A stretch of DNA of 63,640 nt, counting the filler, from Collodictyon triciliatum (taxonomy: Eukaryota): NCBI GenBank assembly GCA_043381765.1. It is 5 parts of 5 records of this genome, joined end to end, with 100 filler letters (N's around TTAATTAATTAA, not from the genome) between each part and the next. Parts side by side here need not be neighbours in the genome. Positions count along the whole stretch, not along the records: positions 6,724 to 21,049 come from JBHJMP010000505.1; positions 21,150 to 44,262 come from JBHJMP010000506.1; 3 more parts are not named here. One strand, written 5' to 3'. Shown in pieces: positions 12,001-24,970 of this stretch. The notes under the pieces were generated by a model. It did not search any database. It was not told the origin of the DNA and worked only from the letters and a program-made list of their open reading frames with translations. The first letter of the stretch is position 1. Each line of letters begins with the position of its first letter. The position numbers and the translations under genes are program-made.

Positions 12001-15000
12001 GGTGGTGATGGTAAGTAAAACACACATGATGGGATTAAGAGCCGGAACGGCAAATGTCAGAGCGAGTGGGGTGAATTCTAATCTAGTAGCAGTCACGGTC
12101 ACAGATGACGACGTCCAGGTCGATAGGATTCAAGGGGTTGTGTACACAGATGTGACAATCCACACTATCAAGCCGACTGGAGATGATGACTCGGGGATAG
12201 GTGGCATCAGCAGCGTGGACATATCTGTGTCACAGAATCTTAACTTTGAAGGAAAGAGCGGCTATGTAATGGCATATGCATTCCTATCAGATGGGTCACG
12301 AATGGAAGTAGAGGAGTCGGACGGATTGATAATTGGAGCTACAGACCCATCCATTACCATTGCAACATCTCCTTTACGTGTTGTATCCAAGTCAAACGGA
12401 TGCGGGTACTATGTCAACATCACGTGGCCATCGTGCGGAGAGATAGTGGCAAGTGGGATGGGGCTGGTGAACCTAAAGCTTCCAAAGATTACGCAGATAC
12501 GTGTGTGGACAGACAAGCCGAAGATTACAGTCTCAGGCGACTTGTCTACAGCCGTTGGGGTACCCGTGCTAGCGATGATAAGAGTGGTATGCACGTTTGA
12601 AGGTGAGCAGCAAAGCGACTACACGCTGGATGCAAGGACAATATACGATGACGCCACAGGAGACGACCAGGACATCATACAGGTTCACAGAGAGATATCG
12701 CCTGATGGGGATATCACCAAGGTGTACGTTGTGGGGACCGGAAAAGGACTCGGAGCTGCTCATGTCTACGTAACAGCGACAAATGCCCGCGGTGTTGAAG
12801 GAAGTGCAGCCATCGAGGTGATTGGGTATCTGTCTCTCAAGACCACAGCAAACCCGTATCCAACATATGCCGGGTCAGAGGCCGTGTTTGTGGGCAAGCT
12901 GAACCGCTACGAGTGCACGCAAGTGTATCAGCAGGGCATGGTGTTGCTGTTCATGGTACTAACAGATAAGAGTGTCCACGACATAACAAGCAAGCCAGCA
13001 GCAGAATTTGTGGTTTCCTCGGGGTCCGATGCGAACATTGTCAAGATAAAAGACAAAAATGTGGTTGAGCCCACAGGCGAAGCTTTCGGTAATGTCACCA
13101 TTAGGGCGACATTTGAAGGAGTAAGTGCAGAGATAAGACTTGAAGCTGGCAATGAAGGAATAGAGGCCACCTCAGTGAAAACTTCATTCCCATCGACATA
13201 TTCTGGGGTAGCGGGGACGTCATGGCAGCGACTTGTATCGGAGGCAACCTTCAGTGACGGAACCAAACACCCAGGGTCTCACTTGATTGCCGGGTTGCTG
13301 ACATATTCCAGTGACGACACAGAATCCATCACCATAGACGACAGCGGACTCACAACACTGATCTCCAACTCCAAAGATGTGGTCAAGCTGACTGCAGTGA
13401 CGTGCTACGGGGTGTCAGGGTCATCCAGCACGTATGGAAATCTAGAGGCGGATGTGGGAGATGTGGATATAGGAAGCTCGAGTGGACTTGGGGTTAGCGG
13501 CCTTCTGCTGGGGTCAAGCACAATAGTTCCGATTCGCATCAGCACAGGCGGGAAGTCGCTGGGGAGTGTGGACATTAGCATTGAGTATGATGAGCATGTA
13601 GTGGAGATTGTTTCGTATACAACCGGAAGCAACTGGCCTGGGGGCCAACTGGAGGTAACGCTGAACGACCCGCCTGGCGTAGTTCGTATTGTCGGGGCTA
13701 CAAGTCCATCCAGCTCGTCCAAAGGCAAAGTAGAAATAGTCAAGATTGGTGTGAAAAGCAAGGCAAGTGGATGGACGCTAATAAGTGGGTTCATCACAAA
13801 GATGCTTTCGAATGATGAGAGCTCGTCGGCAATAGGACCTGCCCTTGGGCCTGGAGAGACAAGAAGAATAGTGGCCGGAACCATCTGGATCAAGAGCGGT
13901 GATGGAGGGGCTCACATACGCTTGCATACGGACAAAGTCCGGAGCATTGGAGGCACCAAGGGTATTGGGGGTAGCATCAGAGGAGAGACCAGCAAGCTAC
14001 CTAAGAAGGCAGGCAGTTCATGCTCCGAGCCGGACATTCTTGGAAACACAGACGGGGACTGCGAGTTCTCTGTGGGTGATGTGCAGTTTACGCTCAAGTA
14101 CCTGGCTGGCTTGGTAAAGGTGGAGAGCGGAGGGTATCAAGAAAGGTATCTGGATGCAGACAGCAACGGCAAGATTCAAGTGCAGGACGCTATCTACCTG
14201 ATTCGGGTACTTGCAAATAAGTGGCGGTTCATTCGTGTGGAAACGGTCTCTCCGAGGATGAGCGACGCAAATCTCCAAGTTATGGTGGAGTCCAGGACTG
14301 CTGACATGAGCCTTACTGGCGCCAAAACATCGTATGAGGTAATCTTTTTGACCAGTTTGAATACAGATATGCAGATAAAGGTGGGAACTAACAAAACGGA
14401 GCGGAACGGAGGGTTTGGGATTGTTCTTGAAAATGAAGAGAATGGACAGTTTTTGATGTCAGGAAATACAGTTGCGGTAGAAGAGATTGGGATATCGATA
14501 CATTTGACAACATACGACAGCCTCGGTAAGAGCTCGAACGATCGAGACGTAACATTTTATCAAGGGATGGGAGGGAGATATGTTCCATTTACGACGATAA
14601 GAGCAGAATATTTCGCAACAGGGTCAGAATCTCAATCTCAATCTCAATCTCAATCTCAATCTCAATCCCAGTCCCAGTCCCAGTCCCAGTCCCAGTCTCA
14701 ATCTCAGTCCCAGTCTCAATCTCAATCTCAATCTCAATCTCAATCTCAATCTCAATCTCAATCTCAATCACAATCTCAATCTCAATCACAATCTCAATCT
14801 CAATCTCAATCTCAATCTCAATCTCAATCTCAATCTCAATCTCAATCTCAGTCTCAGTCTCAGTCTCAATCTCAATCTCAATNNNNNNNNNNNNNNNNNN
14901 NNNNNNNNNNNNNNNNNNNNNNNNNNNNNNNNNNNNNNNNNNNNNNNNNNNNNNNNNNNNNNNNNNNNNNNNNNNNNNNNNNNNNNNNNNNNNNNNNNNN

Positions 15001-18000
15001 NNNNNNNNNNNNNNNNNNNNNNNNNNNNNNNNNNNNNNNNNNNNNTCAATCTCAATCTCAATCTCTGTCTCAATCACAATCACAATCACAATCACAATCA
15101 CAATCACAATCTCAATATCCGTCTCAATCCCAATCTCAATCTCAATATCGAACTCAGTCTTTTTCTACTTCATTCGTATCTATTCTACCGTCAGAAATCG
15201 GAGTCGGTGGTGGTGTTCTGTTGAGCATTCAGGGAAATTTTTTTAATAGACTTAATAATCCATCTGTCACTATTTCTTCCAGCCATTGTATTAATGTTAC
15301 AGTTGTGTCGAACGGTTTAATAACTTGTATGCCTGATTTCCTCAGTCCAGGAAAATACGAACTCAGACTTTATGATGGATTTCAAAATCTTGTATCTTTC
15401 TCTTACGTTTCAGTTGTTACGCCTATAATCACATCTTTATTCCCTGTGGTTTTTCCTCTATCATCCCCTTTCAAAAACGATCTAAAACTTACAATCGACG
15501 GATTATTCGTAAATGCGATGAACGCATCTCTTGTTGTTGTAAAAGTTGCAGGCAATATTTGCACTAATGTAGAATTGATATCTGTTAGTCGTATTACTTG
15601 CCTTGTTCCGAAAGGGGCTGGAATTAACTTACCAGTAAATATGTGGATTGGTGGAATAGAATCTGGATTTCAAAATGGACCTCTCTTTATTCATAGGAAC
15701 GCACCGAAAATAACTAGCATGCTTCCTTCATATGGTGATGTCTCAGGGGGATATAACATAACTCTAATAGGGTCTTCATTTGGTGATTCATCGGTAGGTG
15801 GTGAATTCCAAATCTTTTTGGGCTCAAGACCTGTACCAGAGTCATCTCTGTACTACCGCTCCAACGGATTAATAACTTTTCTTGCTCCAAAAGCTGTCGC
15901 TTTAGGTGAACTTTACATTTCAGTCCTTGTTGCTGGGCAACTCTCAATCAATAGCCCTAGTTCAAAGTGGACTTATTCTCCTCAAGTCAGCAGTATTTCC
16001 CCGGATTCAGGAGCATCTGGTGGTGGGAGTATTGTAACGATTACAGGCTCCGGATTTGGAGAAACTACAAAGGCATTTGTTGGAGATCGTCAATGTGTCG
16101 AATTAATTTACGTAAGTACAACGCAAGTCACTTGTACAGTTCTTCCTGGTAGTGGCTCATACTTACCTGTTTATGTCCAATCTAATGGTATTGAATCTCG
16201 CCCTCTTATGGTTTGGAAATACGTCAGACCAACCATCCATGAACTTAGCCCAAATTTTGGTCCAGCCGTAGGAGGCACACCATTTACTATCCACGGAGCT
16301 AATCTTCGGTCCTTCGATTCTGCATCTCCATTAATTCTAATGAATAATATAAAATGCGATATATTCTTTCACAATGACACTCATATAGTCTCAAGGTCAT
16401 TGGCTGGAATCGGATATGGTGTAAAAGTTGTAGTCATAATAAATGGAACATTGTCTGATTACCTTCTGTGGAACTATGATAGACCTGAAATTACCGCTCA
16501 AATCGAACCGAGAGTTTCTCACCAGATTGGAATGCAACCTGTCACAATCAAAGGTAAAAACTTTGGAACTTTCATGTACAACCAGCTTGTTCGAATCGGA
16601 GGCCGCAGTTGTTCCCCCACCCTCTGGCTTAATGATGAGTCTATCATTTGCTATACCCCAAGTCACCCTACAAGCAATGTTTCTCTTCCAGTTGTGGTTG
16701 TTGTAGGCGAACAAGAAAGCAATTCAAACGAATTTTCCTCTCTTGAATATATTTCCACTGGTATTGCCAGTATTACGCCTATGCTTGGCCGAAACATAGG
16801 TAATTTCAATATCACCATCACAACTGACCAAAGTGCTGGAGAATATCTTGATGTCACCATTAAAGATTATTTCGGGAGAAATATCGATATCGCTGCATAC
16901 CACGCTGACAGTACATTATTGGCTTATACTGTCATCGTTCCTCAGTTGGATACATTTCATCCTGGTGACGGCAAGATAATAATTAATTCCAGATTTATTG
17001 CCAGCACGCTTGAAGCACAATTCTTTTTTTACCAAGAAATGAAATTAGACTTTATCAACCCTAGCAGAGGCCACTACAATTCCCAAACACCCGTTACTAT
17101 AGTAGGCAGCGGATTATCTCCTCTAGCATCTAGGTATATTAAAGTGTACTTCCTTCCAAACACGGAGCCTTCTACAGTTAATATCGTGAATTCGACTCAT
17201 ATGTATACTGTAACACCTTCAAATCATCAGCCGGGAATATATCCACTAATGATACAGCAGCCAGGAAGCGAAAAAATTACCAGCAACTTCAAATTTTCGT
17301 TTTATTCTTCTCCAATCTCACTTCACAAGGCTGAATATGACAAAACGATGAGTCAAATTATAGTAACATTTTTATACGATACGAATCAAGGAGGATATGT
17401 CCCAGGAAAAAGTACTTGCGGCGACTTTTTTGACCAAGCTACGAGCAACTTGCTCGGTTCTGAAGCTGCTTGTATTTGGTCCAATTACCAAACACTACGC
17501 ATTTTTCCTAAACAATTTTTGGCCATAGGCTCTGTATTCACCCTCAAAGAGAACAGCATTACAACTTTTGGACAATCATATGGAGATAGATCTATTTTCC
17601 CTTTCAGTGAAGGCTCTATCACGTTGGATTACACCAATATACCTCCTCCCGTCGCACGTGTTGGTGGAAGCTCCTTTGGAGCATGCTCGCCCTTGTATCT
17701 CGATGCAAGTGAATCTTACGGAGGAGCCTCACCGTTGATTTATAAATGGGAGTTTTTACACTCAACTCCGACACAGTACTTGCCCGAGCTGGAGACCCTG
17801 ATCAAGTCACAAAATCAATCCACCATTAACATTTCACCTTTGGAAAATGATGTCATATCATGGATACCAGTGAATACGGAATACAAATTCCAAGTGACTG
17901 TGACCAATCTATTTGGAATGACAGACTCTAAAACAATAAATGTATGGAAGTCTGATAAAGATGCTCCCACTGGATACATCTTGGGTCCACAATCAACAGC

Positions 18001-21000
18001 AATTATACAAAGTACACCACTTGCATTCACGGCGTCTTCATCTCCGTCACTTTGTGATGTAAAGGAGGCTTTTTCACCTTATTATACGTGGGGAGTTCAG
18101 ACCGATGATGGAACTAGTATTGAACAGTTTGGATTATCAGGAGTCCAAAAAAATCAAAAAATGATTCGGTTTGCGGCTAACGCATTCAAAGGATACCTTT
18201 ACAAAACCATCAAAATAACTCTAACCATATCGTTATATGGTAAAAATGATTACATAAACTACACCACACCTATTAGCATTTTACCAACCCCATTCTCTAT
18301 TTCAATAAAAGGAGGGAATCAGACATTCAGCTCAGCTTTTCCCATAACTCTGACAGCAGAAGTTGTAGATTATGATAACTTAAGTGCGCCATTCTTGTAC
18401 ACGTGGGAATCTATCGAGGGCCAGACTACTTGTGATTTATGCACAACAAATGCATCAAAACTAGTCATTCCCGCTGGTTATCTATTTCCAGAAATTTATA
18501 AATTCAAAGTTACAGCATTCAAAATGCAGAGATATATTTCAGATTTCACCCACATTAGGATTTCTGAGCAACAATATATACCAAATGTTCAAATATCCGT
18601 ATCCCCAAATCCTGACAAAATCGTCTCAAGCAAGAAAGTTTTCATATACCTCGACACCTATACACCGGGACTATCGAATGCAATCCATCAATATGAATGG
18701 AAAGTCAATGGTGAATATTTAGAAATTGAGAAAGATTGTATATTGAGCAGTGACAAAACCATACTGACCATATTAGAAAACACCATGCATTGGGGCATAG
18801 CATACAATATCACCATCAAAGTGACTAATCAGCACGGATGCACGGCAGAAAGCTCGGTAGTTGTGCAACCGATGAATCCTCCATTAAGCGGCTCTTTTTC
18901 AATCAACCCAAGTACAGGAAGCCCACTAAATACATTATTTACATTTGAGGCAAAAGGCTGGAGAGACATTGCTGAGAATATGCCGCTGACGTTCTTTATT
19001 TTTTATCAAAGAAATAACACATCTGATATGGAATTCTTGTATAAATCTAACAATCCCTCCATGAAAAGCTATATGCCGACAGGCAATTACACTATATACT
19101 GCCAAATAACAAATAGGCATGGAGCAACAACGATAGTTTCATCTAAAATATTGGTAGAGGAATCAATGGGAAATAGCACTTCGGCTTTACTCAATACAGT
19201 GATGAACGAAATTTCTTTCAATGCCTATGATAGCTATTTTGTGCTTTCTACTTCGACCGTACTGTTACAGCAGCTTGGTAATAAAAATCTAATCCAAAAT
19301 ATATTTTTAAAATAATGTAATTTGAAATTTTATAGTATAAGAATTATTGAATTTAATTAAATACAACAACCCAGTTCAAACGAATGTTTCAGAAATCGAA
19401 ATAGAAGAGAAGAGAATCATGCTTGGGCAAATTACGAGCTTAACATTCGGAGCTTGGGATGGTGTGGCGAAGACACCAGATTCTCTAGAATCTGCATCAA
19501 CAGTTCTATATCTGGTTACTCAAGACCCTTATATGACTGATTCAGCAAGTGACGTTATACCACTAACAGATAAGATTGTTCAAAGCATTGTATCTCTATC
19601 TTTGCAGGGTGAAAAAATACATGAGAATACTTATCTCGTGAGTTACATAATTTTCACAAATTGATTTTTGATTGAAGTCTAAATTCTCTATATAAATTAT
19701 TATTGACTGATTTATATAATAAATAGAAAATGTACCGAACATTTGACACATTATTGGGAAGACAGAGCCTACGTTTAAATCTTCGCAGGGAAAGTATATC
19801 ATTACCCTCGACAGAAATCCTACTTTTCGTTAAAAATGTCACAGAGTCCCAGACAAGATCATTTGTATGTGGGCAAATTATATCATCATATCAAGGACTT
19901 AATTATCAGCTCAATGCATTCTCGAGTAAGTCTATATTGCTATCACATATTGATAAATAATTAACATATCGAACAAAACTTATCAATTTCTTTGGTTTAA
20001 AAATTGTAAATCTACAGTATATCAAAGCAAACTGCCGATTAAAATAATGGCGAATCAATCAAGCATTTATTTTGAGTATATCAATATCGGCCAAACATGT
20101 GCGTTCTTGTGGATGAATGTATTAAAAGTAACAACTGCTTCACTGAATAAAGAAGAAAATTTAGAGGATGAAAGGTATCTGTTATTAAAACGATATTGTA
20201 TGAGAAATTGAACAAAATATAATTATATGTAACCGTAAAACGTAAAAAAAAATCCTAGGGAAATATCTGATCTATTCCATATCGAAATTTTTGAAAAAAC
20301 GACTGGAATTGAGGATTATAGAAAATTATTGAGTGTCAATTACAACTTGACATCAACATCAAGGTTAAATGAAAAAGGTTTCTGTTATAGTTTGCAATTT
20401 TCATAATATGATATTGTAAATGAATTATTTTGTTAATTAATATAGCCTAATATTCAAATTACATAGAAAAGGTTAGATGTCTTTTTTGGAAAGATGAATT
20501 CGCATATGGAAACGCATCGAAATGTCAAGGCCATCTTGATCTCGGCACAAAAGCTGCCACGTGCTCTTGCCCAGAGTCGGGCTATATCAAGATTTATGCA
20601 GTAAAGGAAATCTCAACAGAATCCTTATTTCAAAGAGTCACCAAATCTACTACTCAAGAGATAACACAAGAAAAATCTACAAGAAAATGTTTATCTATGT
20701 CTGAATCACTCTCCGTATCGGAGTCAGAATCTAAATCTCAATTTCAATCTCAATCTCAATCTCAATCTCAATCTCAGTCTCAGTCTCAGTCTCAATCTCA
20801 ATCTCAATCTCGATCTCTATCGCAGTCTCAGTCTCAGTCTCAATCTCAATCTCTATCTCAATCTCTATCTCAATCTCAATCTCAATCTCAGTCTCAGTCT
20901 CAATCTCAATCTCAATCTAAATCTCAATCTCAATCTCGATCTCTATCGCAGTCTCAGTCTCAGTCTCAGTCTCAGTCTCAATCTCAGTCTCAGTCTCAGT

Positions 21001-21049
21001 CTCAGTCTCAGTCTCAGTCTCAGTCTCAGTCTCAGTCTCAGTCTCAGTC
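9096..21049 (+). CDS. Giant modular surface protein (partial): SE linker, TMEM132-like cohesin/Ig block, cohesin, dockerin, SQ linker, about 8 IPT/TIG, PKD/REJ, GAIN/GPS-like, SQ linker
   Basis: The frame is open from the acceptor at 9095 to the donor at 19278, across an N gap. Phase-compatible exons follow at about 19375-19637, 19727-19925, 20018-20174, 20259-20377 and 20467-21049. TMEM132-like motifs: [46 protein letters not shown]. Dockerin: [23 protein letters not shown]...[24 protein letters not shown] starts such as [39 protein letters not shown]...YKWEF and [29 protein letters not shown]. Confidence 0.85.
9461..9650 (+). repeat. (TCTGAA)n coding hexamer repeat encoding poly(Ser-Glu)
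   Basis: Read directly; in frame within the giant exon. Confidence 0.95.
14630..15150 (+). repeat. (TCTCAA/TCCCAG/TCACAA)n coding repeat encoding poly(Ser-Gln), with an N gap at 14883-15045
   Basis: Read directly. Synonymous variants of the unit keep the SQ coding. Confidence 0.95.
20737..21049 (+). repeat. Second poly(Ser-Gln) coding repeat, (TCTCAA/TCTCAG)n, running into the scaffold end
   Basis: Read directly; in frame with the exon starting at 20467. Confidence 0.9.
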
Positions 21050-21149
21050 NNNNNNNNNNNNNNNNNNNNNNNNNNNNNNNNNNNNNNNNNNNNTTAATTA
21101 ATTAANNNNNNNNNNNNNNNNNNNNNNNNNNNNNNNNNNNNNNNNNNNN
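21050..21149. other. Artificial scaffold-joining spacer
   Basis: N44-TTAATTAATTAA-N44. Confidence 0.97.
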
Positions 21150-21546
21150 AAAAAAGAAAAAAAAAAAAAGAAAAAAAGAAGAAAAAAAGAAGAAAAAAAG
21201 AAGAAAAAAAGAAGAAAAAAAGAAGAAAAAAAGAAGAAAAAAAGAAAAAGAAATGTGGTATTATCACCTATATATTATAGAGGTGATAATACCACAAGAA
21301 AACAATCACAAAACCAGAAATTAAGTGACACGAGATACATTATAGCAGGAAAGATATGCAGCTATGACTGGAAGGTTTGCTGGCACGAGCCACGTGGAAT
21401 GTACATATATAACGCGCACATTAGCTTGGCTTCACTTTCCAACTGATACCACAAACCACGGCAGGGTGAGCCAAGCGAAAAAGTGAAATAATAAATAGTT
21501 TGAGGAGTGCAGAGGGACGGGACATGGATTATCAGGACGGTAGCTC

Positions 21547-23069
21547 TTATTTGAGGTTAGCGAAGTGCTTCACATGTTCAGCAACGTCCCAGTTGGTCTC
21601 AAGCTTCTCTGATGGGTGAACAACTGCTCCTTCGTTGGTTATCACAGAAAGTTGCCACTGGAAAGGATGATAGTTTTTTTTTCTTAGAAAAATAATGATA
21701 AACGATGCAGTCGAAGTCGAAGTTTGGTTTCAGTGACTAAGATATATGCTCTTGGATGCAATTCTGTATCCATAAATATCAAATGAACACTCATAAAAGC
21801 GCATATGAGGTTGTACCTGGTCAATGGTGCTCTTATCACGATAGTATTGGACGAGGGCAGCCTTCTTGAGAAGGGTGGTGGCTTCCTCAAGGGTCATATC
21901 AGGCTTGTATTCCTTTCGTAGGATGGTGATAGCAAAGTACAAACCCATTCCCGTCGCTACAACATCCTCTTCGTAGCATGTACCAACCAAGTCAACAACA
22001 CCTAGGAATCTGAGATAGGAGTCATGTTCAAGCGATCATATTACAAGCTACTTAAACGACATCCAAAATCTTTGCTGTACCACATAATCATATAGCGAAT
22101 CCATTGTGGACATGTCATCGGTTGTAAATAAGATGCGAGGAAGATACGCTTATCGCACAGTCTAATTACCCTTTTCCGTCTTGGTGCCCGGCTACAACGA
22201 CATTATTCCATAGAGGATCAAACTTGTTTCGGCGGTTATATAGCCATCTACCCAGATAGCAGTACAGCTCACGAGGCGATATGGATTTTCCAGTGGCATC
22301 TGAGTAATGCTCGATGCTATGATAGAGAAGTAGCGTTACTAAGTAATATTTGAAATTATGGTGGTTCGGAATTGCGTCAATTCAAAGCTCATAGGGGCGG
22401 ATGGTCTTTCAATTACACGGCAAAGTACCTCCTTATAAATGATGTATTAACAGTTATTATACAATTGATTTATAACAAATCTCATAGTTAAAATCTGTAC
22501 GAGAGTGACTCGGCTTTCTTAATGATTTCCTGGAAGTCGCTCAAGTCACCCTGGGCAGCAATTACCACCTGTTCATTCACCTTCACAGCTCGTTGGAAGT
22601 TCATGTAGCGAGACATGTTCCCGTATGAGGCTATAGAAGAATAGAGTGTATAATAAACGTAGCTTTAGTCGAAAGATAGCAACATCGTGGACACTGAAAG
22701 ATCACAGCCGTTTTTGGGGTCACGATATAGTGAAGAGTAGAGAAAATCTGCAGTGCCTCTCGTTATTCAGAGAGGCAAACAACACGCACATGTCCTGGGA
22801 TGTTTAGAGAAGAGGGGGAAAAATAAAGAAAAGGAACTCCTGACCTAGTGTGTCTGTGTACACCGCAACCCCATCACGGAATTTAACAGCGAGCACAGTG
22901 CCTCCGGTAAGAGTCGGGCTCCTGAAATAAACAACTCAAGTAAGTAGAAGGACAAAAGGAGAGCATGTGTGCCGCCAACAAACTGGGTGTGTGTGATCGG
23001 CTTTGCTGCCTGGCGAGGTGGCAGCTTGTGGTATGCTCCTGGAGGTTCGAACCTTGGACCAACGTTCAT
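21547..23069 (-). CDS. PSMB4: 20S proteasome subunit beta type-4 (beta7/Pre4), multi-exon
   Basis: Spliced protein: TQSPTLTGGTVLAVKFRDGV...DTLASYGNMSRY...GDLSDFQEI...LYNRRNKFDPLWN...FLGVVDLVGT...VATGMGLYFA...YYRD...ETNWDVA. This matches the beta7 consensus. Stop TAA at 21547-21549. Confidence 0.95.
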
Positions 23070-24970
23070 CTTATTTCTGGTGAAAAAAAAAGCGAGTTGG
23101 ACAAGTTATCTAGTGGCCTTAGCCAACACTTTCTTTCGTCATAGCCTCCGTAGGGTGAAAACTCTTCGCAACGATCGGGAAGAAAACAGCCGTCTCAACT
23201 TCCCTGACTCTTTCCAAAAGAAAAAAAAAGGGCACATAATAGCAAAAGCGACAAAAGCAACAGAAGCAACAAAAGCAACAAATGCAAAAAAAACAACAAC
23301 AAAAAACAAAAAAAAAACAATTACACACACAAGAAACAAATTGTAGCTAACAATCCGAGACAAACAAAACGATTAAATAAACGAAAAGGGACAAGGGGCG
23401 GACGGGGCAAGAGAAATAGAAGCTTCCACCAGCCAAACTCCGTCCAGGGGCAAGGGAGTCATGCGATAGCCATTTTCGTAGACAAGATCCCCCATCGCCA
23501 TTCTCGATTTGTGCTTTTGATGGACACCTGTGACTTTGCCTTCTTTTTTTTTTTTATTGTTTTATTATCAATCCTCTGTTCGCTTGGAATTGTTCCACGC
23601 CCGGCCTCGTCCTGTCCGGTCTTCCCAACATCGACAGATCGATCCATCGGCAATTGATTCGCATGAACAAATCTGGAAAAGGGACAGAATATCAGGATAT
23701 TAATTCATTCATTGAAAAATTCCTCATTAAGCAATTTTGTGTCTTGTGGCGCTACTTCTCGCTATATTGGCTAATAAATAATAATAGCTTATTATGTCAA
23801 TTTTTAGTGAACATCCAGTAGAAAAGACTGCTTAAGGTCTGTATTATTGTTATCAAATGTGGTCTGCTGCGGTTCTCTGCCATATAGTCCATGCGTTCCT
23901 CCGCTTTAACGAATCAATCAAGCAAAGCACAGGCTACACGAACGCCAAGGGATGCAAGCTGCCTACAACCCTCCGCACCCGGCCCGAACTATTAAGGTAC
24001 ATCATATACGCCCCCCCCTGCCATACAGAATCTGAAGATACCTGCACCGTCCAATCCTTAATACTGGCTGTTCTTCTCTGACGAAAGTCCGAGAGTACTT
24101 GTGAACACGCCAGCCAGACAGATTGGTAGATCCCACGCTTCCGACCTCACTGCCTCAACCTCGCCCAAACCCTCTTCGCTGATCGTCCTTCTTCGCCATT
24201 AGAGGACAACGCAGCGGGTTCGCCTGTCCTCAAACGGGTCTTGGAAGGTCCACCACGACTGGGAGTATTTAATAAACTATGATGACCAAGAGACAATCAG
24301 CAACTGTCACGCTTGTGCAAACCAACAACACATCAAGCAAAAAGCGACAAAAGCACTAACCCTAAGCGCCGTGTATGGTTGTTTAAGCGAGTGTTCAAGA
24401 GCTACTTCACGAGCGAAAAGTGACCACTTGTCATGATTACATATGCCTCGACAGCCCTGGAGCTGTATTGATATAAGCACCCAACGACCCTCTGCTTGAT
24501 CGACACCCCTCGCCCAGCCTCTTCCACCCTCCCTTCCACATATAGACTGGACAAACAACACCACCGACGCTGCCTCATTGGCGATAGCGCCATATATAGA
24601 CACAACACAACTATCTCCTAAGAAAGGCTGTTTCATCGAATCATAACGGAAGGACACTGCCTTCTTTGCGGCAGCCCTGAGAGCGCGCACACAGACACCA
24701 AACATAAGGCGTGGCAAAGCAGTCGCGAGCCACATCACAATCCTGGTGTGTCCCCACCGCCCGTGCCAACCAGTCTAGGAATCCGTCTCGTCACACCAAA
24801 CCTCACATCTCAACCCGGGGCGTCCGACTCACAGGGCTCAACTTCCCTCTTTTTTCCTCTCCAAAAAACACGCTAACAAAAAAAATAATTTTTTTTTTTT
24901 TAAAAAAAACGTCAGCTATTAAAATAAGGCGGCCATTCACCGAGCCTCGAACACGCAGCCCACTTATTGG

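Noticed and set aside
23070-24970. Short ORFs in the divergent PSMB4/receptor intergenic region
   Set aside because: No recognisable motifs or consistent exon structure; probably promoter and UTR sequence.
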